From the NCBI GenBank assembly GCA_965240325.2, contig OZ251251.1:907389-971388 (forward strand): a stretch of 64,000 nucleotides of DNA, written 5' to 3'. Origin of the DNA: Rebecca billardiae RCC1528. Taxonomy: Eukaryota > Protista > Haptophyta. Of the stretch, positions 45,001-58,756 are shown piece by piece. The notes beneath the pieces were generated by a model. The model searched no databases. It saw only the letters and a program-made list of their open reading frames with translations, and was not told the origin of the DNA. Position 1 is the stretch's first letter; every line of letters starts with the position of its first letter. The position numbers and the translations under genes are program-made.

Positions 45001-48000
45001 GAGTGTAACGGCTTCCTGCCCGCCGCCGGCGCGCGCCGACTGCGAGCACGCAGGGCTCGGCGCGTGCGCGCCCTCCGGTGCCAGGCCGCGTCATGCGCAT
45101 CGTCTAGCCAAGCAGCCTTCGCCCGCGCCCTCGCCCGCCGCCGCCATTGTAAGTAATCTCAGTTGCCGTGCACCCTGCGCATTGCGTGCCGACCGGCGCG
45201 GTAGCTGCTGGCCACTGCCTTCCGGCCGGCGAGGTGCGATGAACCGCGGCGCAGCACGCGGGGGTCGAGCCGAGCGCGAGGCGTGGGAGCCCCCGGGCTG
45301 CCCGCACGAGGGCGCGTGCGGCGACCGCGAGCCAGGCTCGGGCTGTGGCTGCAGGACCGAGGCTAGTGCGTCCGGAGCCGTGCCGGCTGCGCCAAGCGCT
45401 CGCCGCATCGCGCCCCGTGCGGCTCAGCCGGGCCCGCCTGACCTCGGCGCAGCATGCGGCGCCGCGGCCGAGGTCGAGGCATGACGCCCAGCGGCTTGTC
45501 TGCGCGCGCCCGCACTGGCTGCCCGTGCGCCAGGCTCGGGCTGTCGCAGCAGTATCGACGCTGCGCCCGGGGCAGCGCGCGCGGCGGCCGTCGCCGGCTG
45601 TCCATCGCGCGCCCGCGCGGGCGCGACGGCAGCGCGTGGGGTGGGCAGCGAGCCAGCCGAGCGAGCGCAGCGCATGCTCGGTCGGCAGCGTGAGGCGCGA
45701 GCGCGTCGCGGCCGTGGCTGGCGCAACACACCAGCCAAGCCTGCCCCCGCCCCGCGCCCCCATCTCCCACCTCGTCCGAGCTGCTTCCAGTGCGCGCCAT
45801 CACGGCCGCGAGCGGTCTACGCGCAGCTGCTGCATGCCGCTGGTCGCGCACGCGCCTCACGTCGAAGGCGCGGCCGCCCCCTACACGTGGCGATCGAGAC
45901 GAGCACACTCGAGCGCGGTCAGCGCGGGTCGGCAGTGGCGAGCAGCGGGAGAACAGTCTCTATGTTGAACGGCCGCGCACGCCGCCGGGCCGAGCTCTGC
46001 GCGCAGACTTGGCAGCTGTTTATGCGTTGCTGACGGGCACCGCGCACTGCGCGGCGTCGTGCAAGCGACGGAAACGCGAGTGCATCCCCCCAGTACGCGC
46101 GCTCGACCGCTCGGCAGTGCACCCGCGCGGCCGCGCGCGGCCGGCAGCGTGTGCGTGGCAGCGCGGCCGAGCAAGGTTGGCTGGCAGTGCGCTCGCGCCA
46201 CCGCGATGGCCGCGCGTGGGACGCGGCGAGCTGGCCGAGGCGCTCTGGGCGCACGCTTCGACGGCGCGTGGATCCTCTCGAGCACCACTGGGCCGCCGTG
46301 CGCGCGCACGCGACGCGCACGACAGCCGCCCTCCGGCGGACGGCGGGGATGAAGTGCGGCCATGCTGACCTTTGATGCCGGATTTCTCGCCGCCTGGAAT
46401 ATCGCGGTTGGTTACCTTTTTCGCGCGACGTGACCGTTGGTCGCGGCGCCGCGCGATTCAGCATGGCCTCTCCCCACGCTGGGCGGACAAGACTGACGCC
46501 GATGGCTTCTGCCTTTCTGGCTGGCTCGGTGCTGTGGCGCCAAGCGTGGCGCAGCACGGCATGATTGTGTGCGGGCGATCTGACCACTTGGACGGCCGAG
46601 TCGGTTGGTGAACGGGCCACGCCCGCGAGGGCATCCCCGCGGGCAGCAAGGGTGGTCCAGTCAGGGCGGGAGCGCGGCCGCGCCGAGCGGCGCGTCACGG
46701 CTGCCGATTGCGCGGCTCTTGCGCGGTGGGACGTGTGTGTGAGCCCCGCCGCGCACGCTCCTGCGGCACCGAGGCTGCCGCTCCGCGCCCGAGCAGACCG
46801 CGCGGCGCGCGCGGCGGCGCCTGCCGGGTGCTGCTGCTGCTGGCTGGGCCGCGCCGGGGAGGCGGGCCGCGCGGCCGGGCGCTGCGGACGTGGAGCGCCG
46901 CAGCCGGCCCAGCGCCTCGCACCGGTCGATGCCGCCCCCGCCCCGGCCCCCCATCTTACCCTCCGTCAAGCCTGCGCCTGGTGGGCCGCGTAGTGAGCGC
47001 GGCAAGCAGCAGGGCCCTCATCATCGCGCGCGAGCGCCAGCTCATCTGCGCACGGCCGTCCCACTGCGGTGCGGCTGGGTGCGCGCGCGCCTCGCGTCGA
47101 TGGAGCGGGCGCGCCTTGCCGCGGCGGCCGAGACGAGCAGTGTCGATGCACTGTCGAGCGCGACCATCGCGGCGGCGAGCAGCGGTTGTGGCTGGCGCAA
47201 CACGCCGGGCCAGCCCGCCCCCGCCCCCGCCCCCCCATCCTCCACCTCGTCCGAGCTGCCTCTGGTGCGCGCCATCACGGCCGCGCTGCGCACGCTCGCG
47301 CACGCGCCTCGCTTCGAGGGAGCGGCCGTCCCTTGCCGTGGTGCGTGGCGGTCGAGACGAGCGCACACTCCGGCGCCCATGATCACCGCGGGTCGGCGGT
47401 GGCGAGCAGGAGTCGCGCAGCCTTCATTGTCAACAGCCGCGCGCGCGCCGCGGCCGAGCTCTGCGCGCAGACTTGGCAGCTGTTCACGCGTGGCTGGCGG
47501 GCACCACGCACTGCGCGGCGTCGTGCGTGCGAGTGGCGGAGACGCGAGTGCATCCCCCCAGCAAGCGCGCTCGGCCGCTCGGCCGTGCGCTCGCGCGGCC
47601 GCGCGCAGCCGGCAGCGTTTGCGCGGCCGAGCGGCCGGGCCGAGCGGCCGGCCGCGCGCTCGCGCCGGGGGCGCGGTCGCAAAGGCTACGGGTGGGGCGG
47701 TGCGAGCCGGCAGGGGTGCACCGAGCGCATGGTACTCGGCGGCGCGTGGCCCCTCTCGCGCACCGCTGAGTCGCGCTGAGTCGGCGTGCGCGCCGGACAG
47801 CACGACGTCGGCCATGACCGCGAACGGGGGCCGCCATGCTGTTGCGGCCGATTCGCTTCGAAATCGTCCGCCCATTCGGTGCGCAGCGGAATGCCGGAAT
47901 CGACGACCGAATCAGCATGGCTGCTCAAGATCTCCGCGTGGGCCTCCCTCGCGTTGCAGACGGGCGCAACGGCGGAAGGTGCCAGCGGGTCGGCAACGCG

Positions 48001-51000
48001 CGCACGTGCGTGTGCGTGCTCCTCGTCCACTACGCGCGCGTGCGCGCTCGCTGCCTCGGCGCAGGCGTAGCTGCGCGCCGCGCGGCGATTCGCGGCCACT
48101 CGGGGCGTTGCGGCTCGGGCTGCACCTGCCCGGCAGGCGAGGCTCGCGCCGATGAGCAGGAGCCTGCACGCCCGGGATGCCGCTCGTCCGCGCCCCCATC
48201 CCCGCCCTCCGCCACACAGCGCCGTCGCACAGCGCGTGCGCTGCCGTGCGTGACGGCACGCGCGGCTCGCTGCTGTCAGCGGTCGGCACGCGTACTGGCG
48301 GCCGTGCGCCGGGGCCGACGCGCGCAAGGCGCCCCGGCTGTCCGAGGGCCCTTGCACCGATCGAAGCTGCCCCCGCCGCCCGCCCCCCCATCTTCCATCT
48401 CGTCCTACCTGACTCCCGGTGAGCAGCAACTGCCGAATGCCGCTGCTCGCGCACACGCCGCGCCGCCGGACTTGTGCGCTGGCCCCCTGTGATGTGCCGG
48501 CTGCGGCCGCGCGTCGAAGCTCGCGCCGGCTCGGGTGCGTTCGAGTGCTTGCCCGGTGCGTGCGCCCGGTGCGGGCCCGGAGCGGCCAACGCGCCCGCTC
48601 CGCGGCGCAACGCACCGCGTCGCACCCCAACGCATCGCCGCGGCTCTCGCGCGAGGCCGGGGTGGGGCGCGCCCGCTGCCGCGCCCAGCTGCCGAGCAGG
48701 GGCCACGGGCTGCGGGGCGCGGCCGCGCGCCGCCGCTGTGCTGGCTCCGGCGGGCCACGAGCGCCCGCTCGTGCGATCGAACCTCGCGCTTCGACCGGCC
48801 CGACCAGTGTGCTGAACGTACGATCGGCCGCCGCGTGCAGACCCGCGGACTGCGTGCGAGCGAGCGCCGGGCTAGGTTAGCGCGCCGAGGGCGCGCGCGG
48901 CGGAGGCGCCGCGCCGCTGAGCCGCGCGCCGCGCCGAGCGGGCGCAGCTCCTCCCGGCGCCCGTGCGCGCGAGCGGCGCGCACGGCGTCAAGCTCCCTCC
49001 GCCGCCGACGGCGCGCCACCGTCCGCGCGCACGCGCGTCCGCGCAGAAGCTACTTGCGCACCGCGCGACGGGACGCTCGAGGTGCGTGCGCACACGGCCG
49101 GGCGGGCGTGCCCGCCGAGCGCGTGGCGCCGCGTCGTGCACACGGTGCCTAGGTTCGGGCAGCGCGTCGGCCTGCTCCGGCGCGGTGCTGAGCGCGGCCG
49201 CCCTGCAACGACGTGGCGTCCACGTGTGTTTCGCCGTTCCTCCTCGGCCTCGCGAATCGGTGCGGCATAAAAGTAACCGCGCTGATTAGTTGGTGGTACA
49301 CCCTCGGGAAAGTTGGAGGGGTACTCTATTGATCAGCAGCGCCGGTTCGCAGCCGTCGTCGTTATCGATCGACCATTTCCGATTGGTCAAGCTCCAGCTT
49401 CAGCTTCGTCGCGGGTCGGCGGGTGCTCCCGCGACGCGCTGGCAAAACCTCGGCGATCAGGTTTCGTCAAGTGCCGTGCGCGCAGCCGATGGCGGCGTTC
49501 GGGCGCGGCTGGCTGAGCGCGCTGGCCGCACGTCGCGGCGACGCGGCGCTCGGCGCCGCCGAGCCGCACTCGCGCGCCGCCACGGCCTCCGTCTCGGCGC
49601 CGCTCGCAGGCGGGCGCCTGCCGGCAGGCGCTGCGCGAGCGTCTACCGTCTCCGTCCGCCTCCCCCCTCTCTCGCTCCCTCGCGCCGGTCGCGCCCTCGG
49701 CCGGGCCGAAGTGACTGCCGTGTCGCTGCGCCGCCTCGGCGCGCCCCGCGGCGGCGGGGGCGGCAGCCCCGCGGCCAGCCGGTCGAGCGCTGGCACCGCG
49801 AGCCCGGCGCGCGGCGGCACGGGCGCGTGGCGCCGCCCCCGCCTGCGCGGCCGCACCCGAGCACGGCTACGACGCCCGACGAGGACGAGCCGCGCCGGGC
49901 CTCCGCGCGCCGTGCATCGCCGGTTGGCCCGAGCGCGCGCGCCTCGGCGGCGCCGCCCTCGCGCGCGCCCGCGCCGCACGCCGCGCTCGCGGCTGGCTGC
50001 CGGGCGCCCGCGCGCCTGCGCCCGCGGGCCGCCGGCGCCTTTGGTGGCGAGGTCGTCGGCCTCGCACGGGCTCGCGCCGGCGAGCGGCGCGCAGGGCGAG
50101 GGCGGCATGGGCGCACCCTCGCCGCCGCTGCCCGGCCGGCCGCCACGCGCGCGGCGGCGCTGTCGTCGCGGGAGGTGACGATGGCTCTCGCCCCGCGGGG
50201 CCCCGCCGCCATCGCCGCGCTCATTAATAATTCGGCGTCCGACCGGCCGGCGGCCGGGCCGGCCGTACATTTTTGGTACAAGTATAAGCCGGTTCACGAT
50301 GGCTGCCCAACTTGGCGGGCGCCTCGCGTGGCGCGCACGCACACCGCGCGTCGCGCGTACGCGTGATGCCCCGTTAGACTACGAGATGACGCGCTCGCTG
50401 CTGCGAACGCGTGAAAGGCGGCCCCGCCACTCGCCGCGTGCGCGGCGGTGGTCCCGCGAGTGCGCGGCGCGCGCCGCCGCGCGCGCGCGGTCGCGCTCGG
50501 CGCTCGGCAGTGCGCGTCGCGCTCCGAGCGCTCGCCGAGCGAGGCGGCGCGAGCTGCGTTGGGGCGGAGCCTCCGTACGGTCTCACACCGCACGCGAGCT
50601 GTGCCGATGCGCTCGCGCCACGTCCGCTCCCGCCTCGGCCCGCGCGTTGACTCCATCTGCGGCTGCGGCTGCGGCGGTGCGTGACGCCGACCGATGGCAC
50701 GGCTCTGGTGCCGCTTGCGTCTACGTTCCGCCGCGCGCACGGCCGCTCTGCCGAGGCGCCTGCGGCCGCGCCGCGCTCGATCTGAGCGCGCGGCGCGCGC
50801 GCCCGCCGAGGGCTGCTGCTGTGGCTGGCTGCTGCCGGGCGGCTCCGACGTGGACGGCGGGCGCCCGGCATCTGCGGGCGTGGACGAGCGCCACAGCCGT
50901 CCAGGCGCCTCGCCCTCGGTCAGCGCTGCCCCCGCCCCGGCCCCCCCATCCTGCCCTCGTCCAATCCGCACCTGGTGCGCGCAGTGAGCGGCAGCCACCA

Positions 51001-52121
51001 GGGCCCTCATCGTCGCGCGCGAGCGCCCGCTCTCGGCGCACAGCTGCCCGCCCCGCATATGACACGCGCCCACTGCAGCGCCGCCGGTCGCGCGCGCGCC
51101 TCGCGTCGAAAGGGGCGGGCCCGCCTTGCCGCGGCGCGAGCGCGTTGAGGTCGAGACGAGCGATCGCGTTCGAGCGCTGCCATTGCGTGTCAGCGGCGGT
51201 GATGAGCAGCAGTCGCGCAGATGCCGCCCTAGATCCCACCGCGCTGGGAGTCGCTCGCGCCATCTGCACTCGTGCCTGGCTGGTTTAGCCCTCCGCGTGC
51301 AGTCGGACAGCCTCGAGGGGGCGGGCTGGGCGGCGGACGAGTGATGGCGGGCGTCTACCGGCGAGCCTTGGCCGCGCCGTGCGCATCGTCTAGTCAAGCG
51401 CAGCCATCGCCTGCGCCCGCGCCCGCCGCCGCCATGTGTAGTCTCGAGTGCCGCGCGCAGCGCCTGCCCCGAGTGCTCCGACCGCGCGGCAGCTGCTGGC
51501 CTGGCTGGCGAGGTGCGACGAACCGCGGCGCAGCACGCGGCGGTCAAGCCGAGCGCGATGCGTGGGACCCGCCGGGCTTCCCGATCGAGGGCGCACGCGA
51601 CGACCGCGAGCCAGGCTCGGGCGGCGGCTGCAGCGCCGAGGCCAGTGCGTCTGGAGCCGCGCCGGCTGCGCCGAGCGCGCGATGCCGGGCGCGCCCGCGT
51701 CCAGTGCGGCTCGGCTGGGCTCGTCTGACCTCGGCGAAGCACGCGGCGCCGCGGCCGAGGTCGAGGCGTGGCATCCCGCGACTATGCCCGCGCGGGCCCG
51801 CACGGGCTGCCTGTGCCTCAGGCTCGGGCTGTCGCGGCCGTACCGATGCTGGGCCTGGGGCAGCGCGCGCTGCCGTCGCGGGCTGTCCACCGCGCGCGGG
51901 CGCGACGGCAGCGCGTGGGGCGGTGCGAGCCAGCCGAGCGACCGCAGCGCGTGTTGCTCGGCGGCGCGTGGCGGGAGCGTGGCCGCGGACGTGGCTGGCG
52001 CCGTGCACCAGCTCAGCTGCCCCCGCCCCGCGCCCCCATCCTCCACCTCGTCCGACGCACCGCCCAACCCACCCCGCCCCGTCTTCTCGTCCCCCTCCCC
52101 CTTCGCCTCTGGCCGTGGCAG

Positions 52122-53328
52122 GCTCGGACGGCACGGTGCGCGCCCGTTCCACCCCCGCTCGCCGCGCTCGCGCCTGCCCCCCCCACCCGCCGCCTCACGC
52201 ACACGCACCTTCTTGCCGCGGCGCGCAGCCAGAGAGCTCGCGCGCAGTGCGCGCGCAGAGGCGAGACGAGCGCAGGGCGAAAGCGCTCGCGGTGCGTGCG
52301 GCCCGCGCGCGCCGCCGCGCGCCGCGCGCCGCCGCGCGCCGCGCGGCCGCGAACAGCGCCTCTGCCCCCCGCCCCCGCCGCGCCGCGCCGTTCCCCGCAG
52401 GAGGGCCAGGGCGCTGCTCGGTGGCGGTCCGACCAGAGTGCGCGCGCGCCGCTGCGATCGGCCCCGCGCGGGAGTGCGCGCGCGCTCACGCGCGCGGCGC
52501 CCGTGCCCGCACGCGGCAGGCGAGAGCGAGGAGGAGGCCGACGAGTCCGAGGAGGAGGCCGACGACGAGTCCGAGGATGGAGAAGACGCCGCCGACGAGG
52601 GCGCATCCGAGGGCGAGGCTGACGCCGAGTCCGAGGGCGAGGAGGATGGGGACGACGACGACGATGGTCAGCCGGCAGGCCCGCGCGTGCGCGCAGGCGA
52701 CGGCGAGCCGGCGCGCGAGGCCGACGAGGGCGCATCCGAGGGCGAGGGCGCCGAGGCTGACGACGAGTCCGAGGGCGAGGAGGATGGGGACGGCGATGAC
52801 CGGCCGGCAGGCCCGCGCGTGCGCGCAGGCGACGGCGAGCCGGCGCGCAAGCGGCGGAGGGTCGCGCGTGACCGCGTGGTGCGCGCGGCCCGCGCGCCGG
52901 TGCGAGGCGCGCCGTGCGTTGGAGCCTCTGCCGCCGCGCGCGCCTCGTGAGCGCCTCTGCCCTCGCGCGCGCCACGCGCGCAGGGTGACGAGGACGACGC
53001 GGGCACGGGGGCGCGCCTCCACGTGGACGAGGGTGACACGCAGATCACGCACAGCGTGATGGCTGGCTGGCTGGAGGACGTGTCGGCGACGATACGGCAG
53101 GAGGGGAGCGCGTACGTGCGCGCGCGTGCAGCGCGGCTCGCCGCGCTGGACGGCGCGGACGCGGATGCGCTCTTTGCGGAGCCCATCGTGCGCGGCGACG
53201 CCGAGGCGCTGCGCGCGGCGTACGCGGCGCGGCCGGCTGGCGCGCCTGCGTCGCCGTCCGCGACGCCAGGCTCGTCTGCTCGGTCGTCGGAGCAGTCGCG
53301 CGAGCCGGAGGGCGACGCCGAGCCGTAG
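52122..53328 (+). CDS. Multi-intron acidic (D/E-rich) protein gene or gene remnant; 5' end unresolved
   Basis: Phase-compatible exons 52122-52135, 52229-52291, 52401-52437, 52520-52878 and 52984-53328, with GTGCG...CAG introns of 82-109 bp. Duplicated acidic block, RKRRR, then a helical C-terminus ITHSVMAGWLEDVSATIRQEG. Confidence 0.5.
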
Positions 53329-56300
53329 GATGAGGCGCACCGCCCGAGCCAGGGGAGTAGCGGCGCGCGCGCTGCACCGCGCCTGGCGTTGATCGTGCCG
53401 TGCCGCCACAGATGCCATAGAGTGGAAGCCGCGCTGATGCTATCACTCCTGTTATATATATGTCTAGCGCCGTCCTCGTGAACGCCGACGCCAACTGCTG
53501 GCAGTTGCGAGGGCGCGGCCGCGTTGGCGGCTCGCGGTCGGCGTTGCGCTCATCAAGTGATGCAGCCGCGCGTGAAGCGGGCTGGCGCGCGACCGGCGCC
53601 CCACTACGGGCTGGCGCGGAGCGCCGGGTAACACCCATCTGACCCGTGATGATGTCGCGCACGCGCGCGCGCTGCCCACCGCGCCGGCCAGGGGCGCCGT
53701 GCGAATGTTGCCACGCGCGACGGCCCGGGTGACGGTCGTCGCCCGCGCCCGCCGCCGCCATTTGTAGTCTCAGTTGCCGCGCGCGGCCTGCGCCGAGGGC
53801 TCTGGCCGTGCGGCAGCTGCGCTGGCCACTGCCTTCCGGCTGGCGAGGTGCGATGCACCGCGGCGCAGCACGCGGCGGTCGAGCCGAGCGCGAGGCGTGT
53901 CAGCGCCCCGCGGGCTGCCCGTATGAGGGCGCACGATACGACCGCGAGCCAGGCTCGCTCGGGCTGCGGCTGCAGCGCCGAGGCCGGTGCGTCTGGAGCC
54001 GTGCCGGCGGCGCCGAGCGCGCGATGCCAGGCGCGCCCGCATCCAGTGCGGCTCGGCTGGGCTCGTCTGACCCCGGCGAAGCACGCGGCGCCGCGGCCGA
54101 GGTCGAGGCGTGGCATCCCGCGACTATGCCCGCGCGGGCCCGCACTGGCTGCCAGTGCCCCAGGCTCAGGATTGTCGCGGCCGTACCGATGCTGGGCCTG
54201 GGGCAGCGCGCGCTGCCGTCGCGGGCTGTCCATCGCGCGCCCGCGCGGGCCGACGGCAGCGCGTGGGGCGGTGCGAGCCAGCCGAGCGACCGCAGCGCGT
54301 GCTGCTCCGCGGCGGCGTGGCAGGAGCGCGCCGCGGACGTGGCTGGCGCCGCGCACCAGCTCAGCTGCCCCCGCCCCCGCGCCCCCATCTTCCACCTCGG
54401 CCGAGCTGACTCCAGTGCGCGCCGTCAAGGCCGCGAGCGGCCTACGGGCCGAGCTGCGGCATGCCGCTGGTCGCGCACGCACCTCACGTCGAAGGCGCGG
54501 CCGCCCCTTACAGGGACGCGTGCACGTGGCGATCGAGACGAGCACACCCCAGCGCGGTCAGCGCGGGTCGGCAGTGGCGAGCAGCAGAAGCGCAGTCTCT
54601 ATGTTGGACGGCCGCGCACGCCGCCGGGCCGAGCTCTGCGCGCAGACTTGGCAGCTGTTCGCGCGTTGCTGACGGGTACCGCGCACTGTGCGGCGTCGTG
54701 CAAGCGACGGAAACGCGAGTGCATCCCCCCAGCACGCGCGCTCGACCGCTCGGCCGTGCACCCGCGCGGCCGCGCGCGGCCGGCTGCGTTTGCGTGGCAG
54801 CGCGGCCGAGCGAGGGGAGTGGCGGTGCGCCCGCGCCGCCGCGCACTGTCGCGATGGCAGCGCGTGGGACGTGGTGAGCTGGCCGAGGCGCTCCGGGCGC
54901 GTGCTTCGACGGCGCGTGGATCCTCTCGCGCACCACTGGGCCGCCGTGCGCGCGCACGCGACGCGCACGAGAGCCGCCCTCCGGCGGACGGCCGGGAAGC
55001 GGCGCCGCCATGCTGGCTTCCGAGGCCCAGTTGACTTTTCCCTGAATTCCCTCGCATGGAATATCGGCGTTGGTAATAATCTTTTTTTCGCGACGTCACC
55101 GACGACCGTTGGTCGCGGCTGCGCGCGAATCAGCATGGCCTCTCCCCGCGAGTCTGCATCCCGCGGCGCTAGATGGGCGCGAGCCCGCGTCGGACGAGGC
55201 GGTCGTGCGCCTGGAGGCGCGTACGTGGAGCGCCGTATCCGCCCCTGCGCCTCGCACGAGCCCAAGGTGGGTATCTGTCCCAGCCCAGTCTCGCACTCGC
55301 CATCCGACCTGCCTCCGGCGAGCGGCGCGGGCCGTCCGATAGCCGCGCCGGGCGGTTTGGGGAGGCAGGCGGCGATGGCGGGCGTCTATCGACGAGCCTT
55401 GGCTGCGTCGGGCGCACATCGTCGAGTCAGCAGCCCACCGCCCGCGCCCGCGCCCGCCGCCTAATTGGTCTCTGTCGCAGCGCGGCCTGCGAGTGTCCCG
55501 CGGACCACTCAGCAACTGCAGCCGAGAGAGGTCTCTGCTAAACCTGCAGCTGGCTTGCGCCGTTGTGGCTGGCTAGGTGCTGTTGCGCTTTGCGTGGCGC
55601 AGCACGGCATGGCTGTGCGCGGGCAGTCGGGCCACTCGGACGGCCGAATTGGTGGGTGAACGGGCCACGCCCGCGAGGGCATCACAGCGTGCAGAAGGGC
55701 TGCCGCGCCGAGCGGCGCTTCACGGCTGCCAATTGCGCGGCTCTTGCGCGGTGGGCCGTGTGTGCGCCCCACCGCGCACGCTCCTGCGGCGCCGAGGCTG
55801 CCACTCCGCGCCCGAGCAGATCGCGCGGCGCGCGCTGCGGCGCCTGCCGGGTGCTGCTGCTGTGGCAGCTACCGCCGAGCGCTGCTGGCTGGGCCGCGCC
55901 GGAGAGGCGGGCCGCGCGGCCGGGCGCTGCGGATGTGGAGCGCCGCAGCCGGCCCAGCGCCTCGCACCGGTCGATGCTGCCCCCGCCCCGGCCCCCCGTC
56001 TTACCCTCCGTCAAGCCTGCGCCTGGTGGGCCGCGTAGTGAGCGTGGCAAGCGTCAGGGCGCTCCTCATCGCGCGCGAGCGCCAGCTCATCTGCCGGCAC
56101 GGCCGTCCCACTGCGGTGCGGCTGGGTGCGCGCGCGCCTCGCGTCGATGGAGCGGGCTCGGCTTGCAGCGGCAGCCGAGACGAGCACTGTCGAAGCACCG
56201 TCGAGCGCGATCATCGCCGCGGCGAGCAGCGGTCGTGGCTGGCGCAACACGCCGGCCCAACCCGCCCCCGCCCCCCCCTTGCGCCCCCATCCTCCACCTC

Positions 56301-58756
56301 GTCCGAGCTGCCTCCACTGCGCGCCATCACGGCTGCGCTGCGCACGCACGCGCCTCGCTTCGAGGGAGCGGCCGTCCCTTGCCGTGGTGCGTGGCGGTCG
56401 AGACGAGCGCACACTCCGGCGCCCATGATCACCGCGGGTCGGCGGTGGCGAGCAGGAGTCGCGCAGCCTTTATTTTCAACAGCCGCGCGCGCGCCGCGAC
56501 CGAGCTCTGCGCGCAGACTTGGCAGCTGTTCACGCGTGGCTGGCGGGCACCACGCCCTGCGCGGCGTCGTGCGTGCGAGTGGCGGAGACGCGAGTGCATC
56601 CCCACAGCAAGCGCGCTCGGCCGCTCGGCCGTGCGCTCGCGCGGCCGCGCGCAGCCGGCAGCGTTTGCTTTCAGCGCGGGCCGAGCGAGCGGGCAGTGCG
56701 CTCGCGTCGGGGGCGCAGTCGCAAGGGCTACGGGTGGGGCGGTGCGAGCCGGAGGGGGTGCACCGAGCGCATGGTGCTCGGCGGCGCGTGGCCCCTCTCT
56801 CGCACCGCTGAGTTGCGCCGAGTCGGCGTGCGTGCGCGCCGGACAGCACGACGTCCGCCTTGAGTCTTGACCCCGCGAACGCCGAGGCGGAACGAGCGCC
56901 GCCATGCTTGCAGAGGGCTGGTTTTTTTTTTGCGTGGGTCGTCGGGCGGTGCTTTTTTCCCTCGCGCTCCCGAATTCCGTCGCTTGCTTGTTCGCGAATC
57001 AGCATGGCAGCCCGAGTTCTCCGCGGGGTGGGTCTCACTTTGCAGGCAACGGCGGGAGGTGCCGGCGGGTCAGCCACGCGCGCACGCGCGTATGCGTGCT
57101 CCTCGTCCGCTACGCGCGCGTGCGCGCTCACTGCCTCGGCGCAGGCGTAGCTGCGCGCCGCGTGGCGGCTCGCGACCGCCGGGCGTCGCGGCTCGGGCCG
57201 CAGCGGCCTGGCAGGCGAGGCTCGCGCCGACGAGCAGCAGCCTGCGCACTGCGGTTTCGCGCGGGGTGCGTGCTGCGCGCTTGGACTTTCCTCTTGCCCG
57301 CGACTGCACGCACGCTCTGCGACGCGCATGCCGCTGCGCGGCGTGGCGGCTCTCCGAGGCTGCGTTGGGCGTCGGACGGCGGCGCGGCCGCGCGCCGGGG
57401 GCGACGCGCGCATGGCACTCCACTGCCGTCCGAGCGCCTCGCACCGTTTGAAGCTGCCCCCGCCCCGCCCCCCCCCCCCATCTTTCACCTCGTCCAACCT
57501 GACCCCGGTGGGCGGCAACTGCTGAATGCAGCGCTGCTCGCGCGCACGCCGCGCCGGCGGACTTGTGCGCTTGCCCCCTGTGATGTGCTGGCTGCGGCCG
57601 CGCGTCGAAGCTCGCGCCGGCTCGAGTGCGTTCGAGTGCTTGCCCGGTGCGTGCGCCCGGTGCGGGCCCGGAGCGGCCAACGCGCCCACTCCGCGGCGCA
57701 ACGCACCGCCGCGCACCCCAACGCATCGCCGCTGCTCTCGCGCGAGGCCGGGGTGGGGTGCGCCCGCTGCCGCGCCCAGCTGCCGAGCAGGGGCCACGGG
57801 CTGAGGGCAGCGGCCGCGCGCCGCCGCTGTGCTCGCTCCGGCGGGCCACGAGCGCCCGCTCCTGCGATCGAACCTCGCGCTTCGACCGGCCCGACCAATA
57901 TTATTCTGAACGTACGATCAGCCGCCGCGTGCAGACCCGCGGACCGCGTGCGAGCGAGCGCCGGGCTAGGTTAGCGCGCCGAGGGCGCGCGCGGCGGAGG
58001 CGCCGCGCCGCGCCGCGCCGCGCCGAGCGGGCGCAGCTCCTGCCGGCGCCCGTGCGCGCGGCGCCGCGCGCGGCGCCAAGCTCCCTCCGCCGCCGACGGC
58101 GCGCCGCCGTCCGCGCGTCCGCGCAGAAGCTACTTGCGCACCGCGCGACTGGACGCTCGAGGTGCGTGCGCACACGGCCGGCCGGGCGTGCCCGCCGAGC
58201 ACGTGGCGCCGCGTGGTGCACATGGCGCCTAGGTTCGAGCAGCGCGTCGGCCTGCTTCGGCGCGGTGCTGAGCGCGGCCCCCTGCAACGACGTGGCGTCC
58301 GCGTGTGTTTCGCCGTTCCTCCTCGGCGGATCATGCGGCATAGGAGTAACCGCGCTGATTAGTGGTACCCTCGGAACAGTTGGAGGGGTACGCGTACTGA
58401 TACATATTGATCAGCGCCGGTTCGCAGCCGTCGTTACTCGTTAGCGATCGACCATTATTGGTCAGCTTCGTCGCGGGTGCTCCCGCGACCCGCGACGCGC
58501 GTGCAGGCCAAACTTTGCCAATCTTGTTTCGTCAAGTGCCGTGCGCGCAGCCGACGGCGGCGTTCGCGCGCGGCTGGCTGAGCACCGAGGCTGACAGGTG
58601 GGGCGTGGCGTCAGGCCCCTCAGAGGCGCGCCCCAGCGTGCACACCTTGCCCGCCAGCCCAACTGCCACATGCACGGGGCGCGGCTGAGTGCTGCGGCCG
58701 ACGCGCGGGCGCTGGGGGCGTCGGCTGACGGCACGCGCCGAAGCACTGCGGACGTT

